Origin: Podarcis cretensis
Lineage: Eukaryota
Reading direction: 5' to 3'
Length of the DNA: 64,000 nucleotides
Assembly: GCA_951804945.1 (NCBI GenBank)
Contig: OX638151.1
Coordinates: forward strand, 66,464,001-66,528,000
Shown here: one piece after another, positions 63,901-64,000 of the stretch
Position numbering within the stretch: the stretch's first letter is position 1
How the letters are laid out: each line of letters begins with the position of its first letter
Made by a program: the position numbers and the translations under genes
The notes under the pieces: model-generated
Database searches by the model: none
What the model saw: the letters and a program-made list of their open reading frames with translations, nothing else
What the model was told of the DNA's origin: nothing

Positions 63901-64000
63901 TATAAAACTATATCCAGTGTTCTTCAGTAATGCCGGAAAAGGATTTGATATTGATCTGGATTGCTAGAAAGCATTACATAGAGCAACATGCCCCATTAAT

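Larger units (their letters stand above)
20535..64000 (-). other. LAMA2: LAMA2 gene body, 3' portion (exons ~49-65 plus introns); continues beyond the window end
   Basis: Seventeen spliceable exons join in frame to give the laminin alpha-2 LG1(end)-LG5 sequence, including the alpha-2-specific PPRRKRRQTGQ loop. Confidence 0.97.

Noticed and set aside
61000-64000. Search for the next upstream LAMA2 exon (RTGRNGTISVRALDGPK-like)
   Set aside because: Not found by eye; it probably lies beyond the window end.

Overview
This is eukaryotic (vertebrate) genomic DNA, most likely from a lacertid-type lizard, judging by Sauria/Squam1-type SINEs with (ACCTTT)n tails and a Squam3-like SINE. Two genes converge tail to tail. 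The + strand carries the last coding exon of ARHGAP18 (372-463). The - strand carries the last 17 coding exons of LAMA2 (laminin alpha-2; end of LG1 through LG5, 60997 down to the stop at 20776). All have canonical GT-AG borders and compatible phases, including a 12-nt microexon (53172-53183) that the ORF track misses. Exon numbers and human exon sizes are recalled from human LAMA2, not computed. The rest is intron or intergenic DNA containing SINEs, Tc1/mariner-type and hAT-type MITEs, L1/L2/CR1 fragments, solo-LTR-like elements and microsatellites. Nearly all other ORF-track entries look spurious. The most unusual items are: (1) an 826-bp solo LTR with a perfect 5-bp TSD whose body is one reading frame (219 codons, one internal TGA) ending in a Rev-like Arg-rich motif; (2) the LAMA2 microexon with downstream RBFOX motifs; (3) an Asp-to-Glu change at a probable LG5 Ca2+ ligand; (4) a cluster of long hairpins in the last LAMA2 intron. 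No prokaryotic-type systems such as CRISPR are present.
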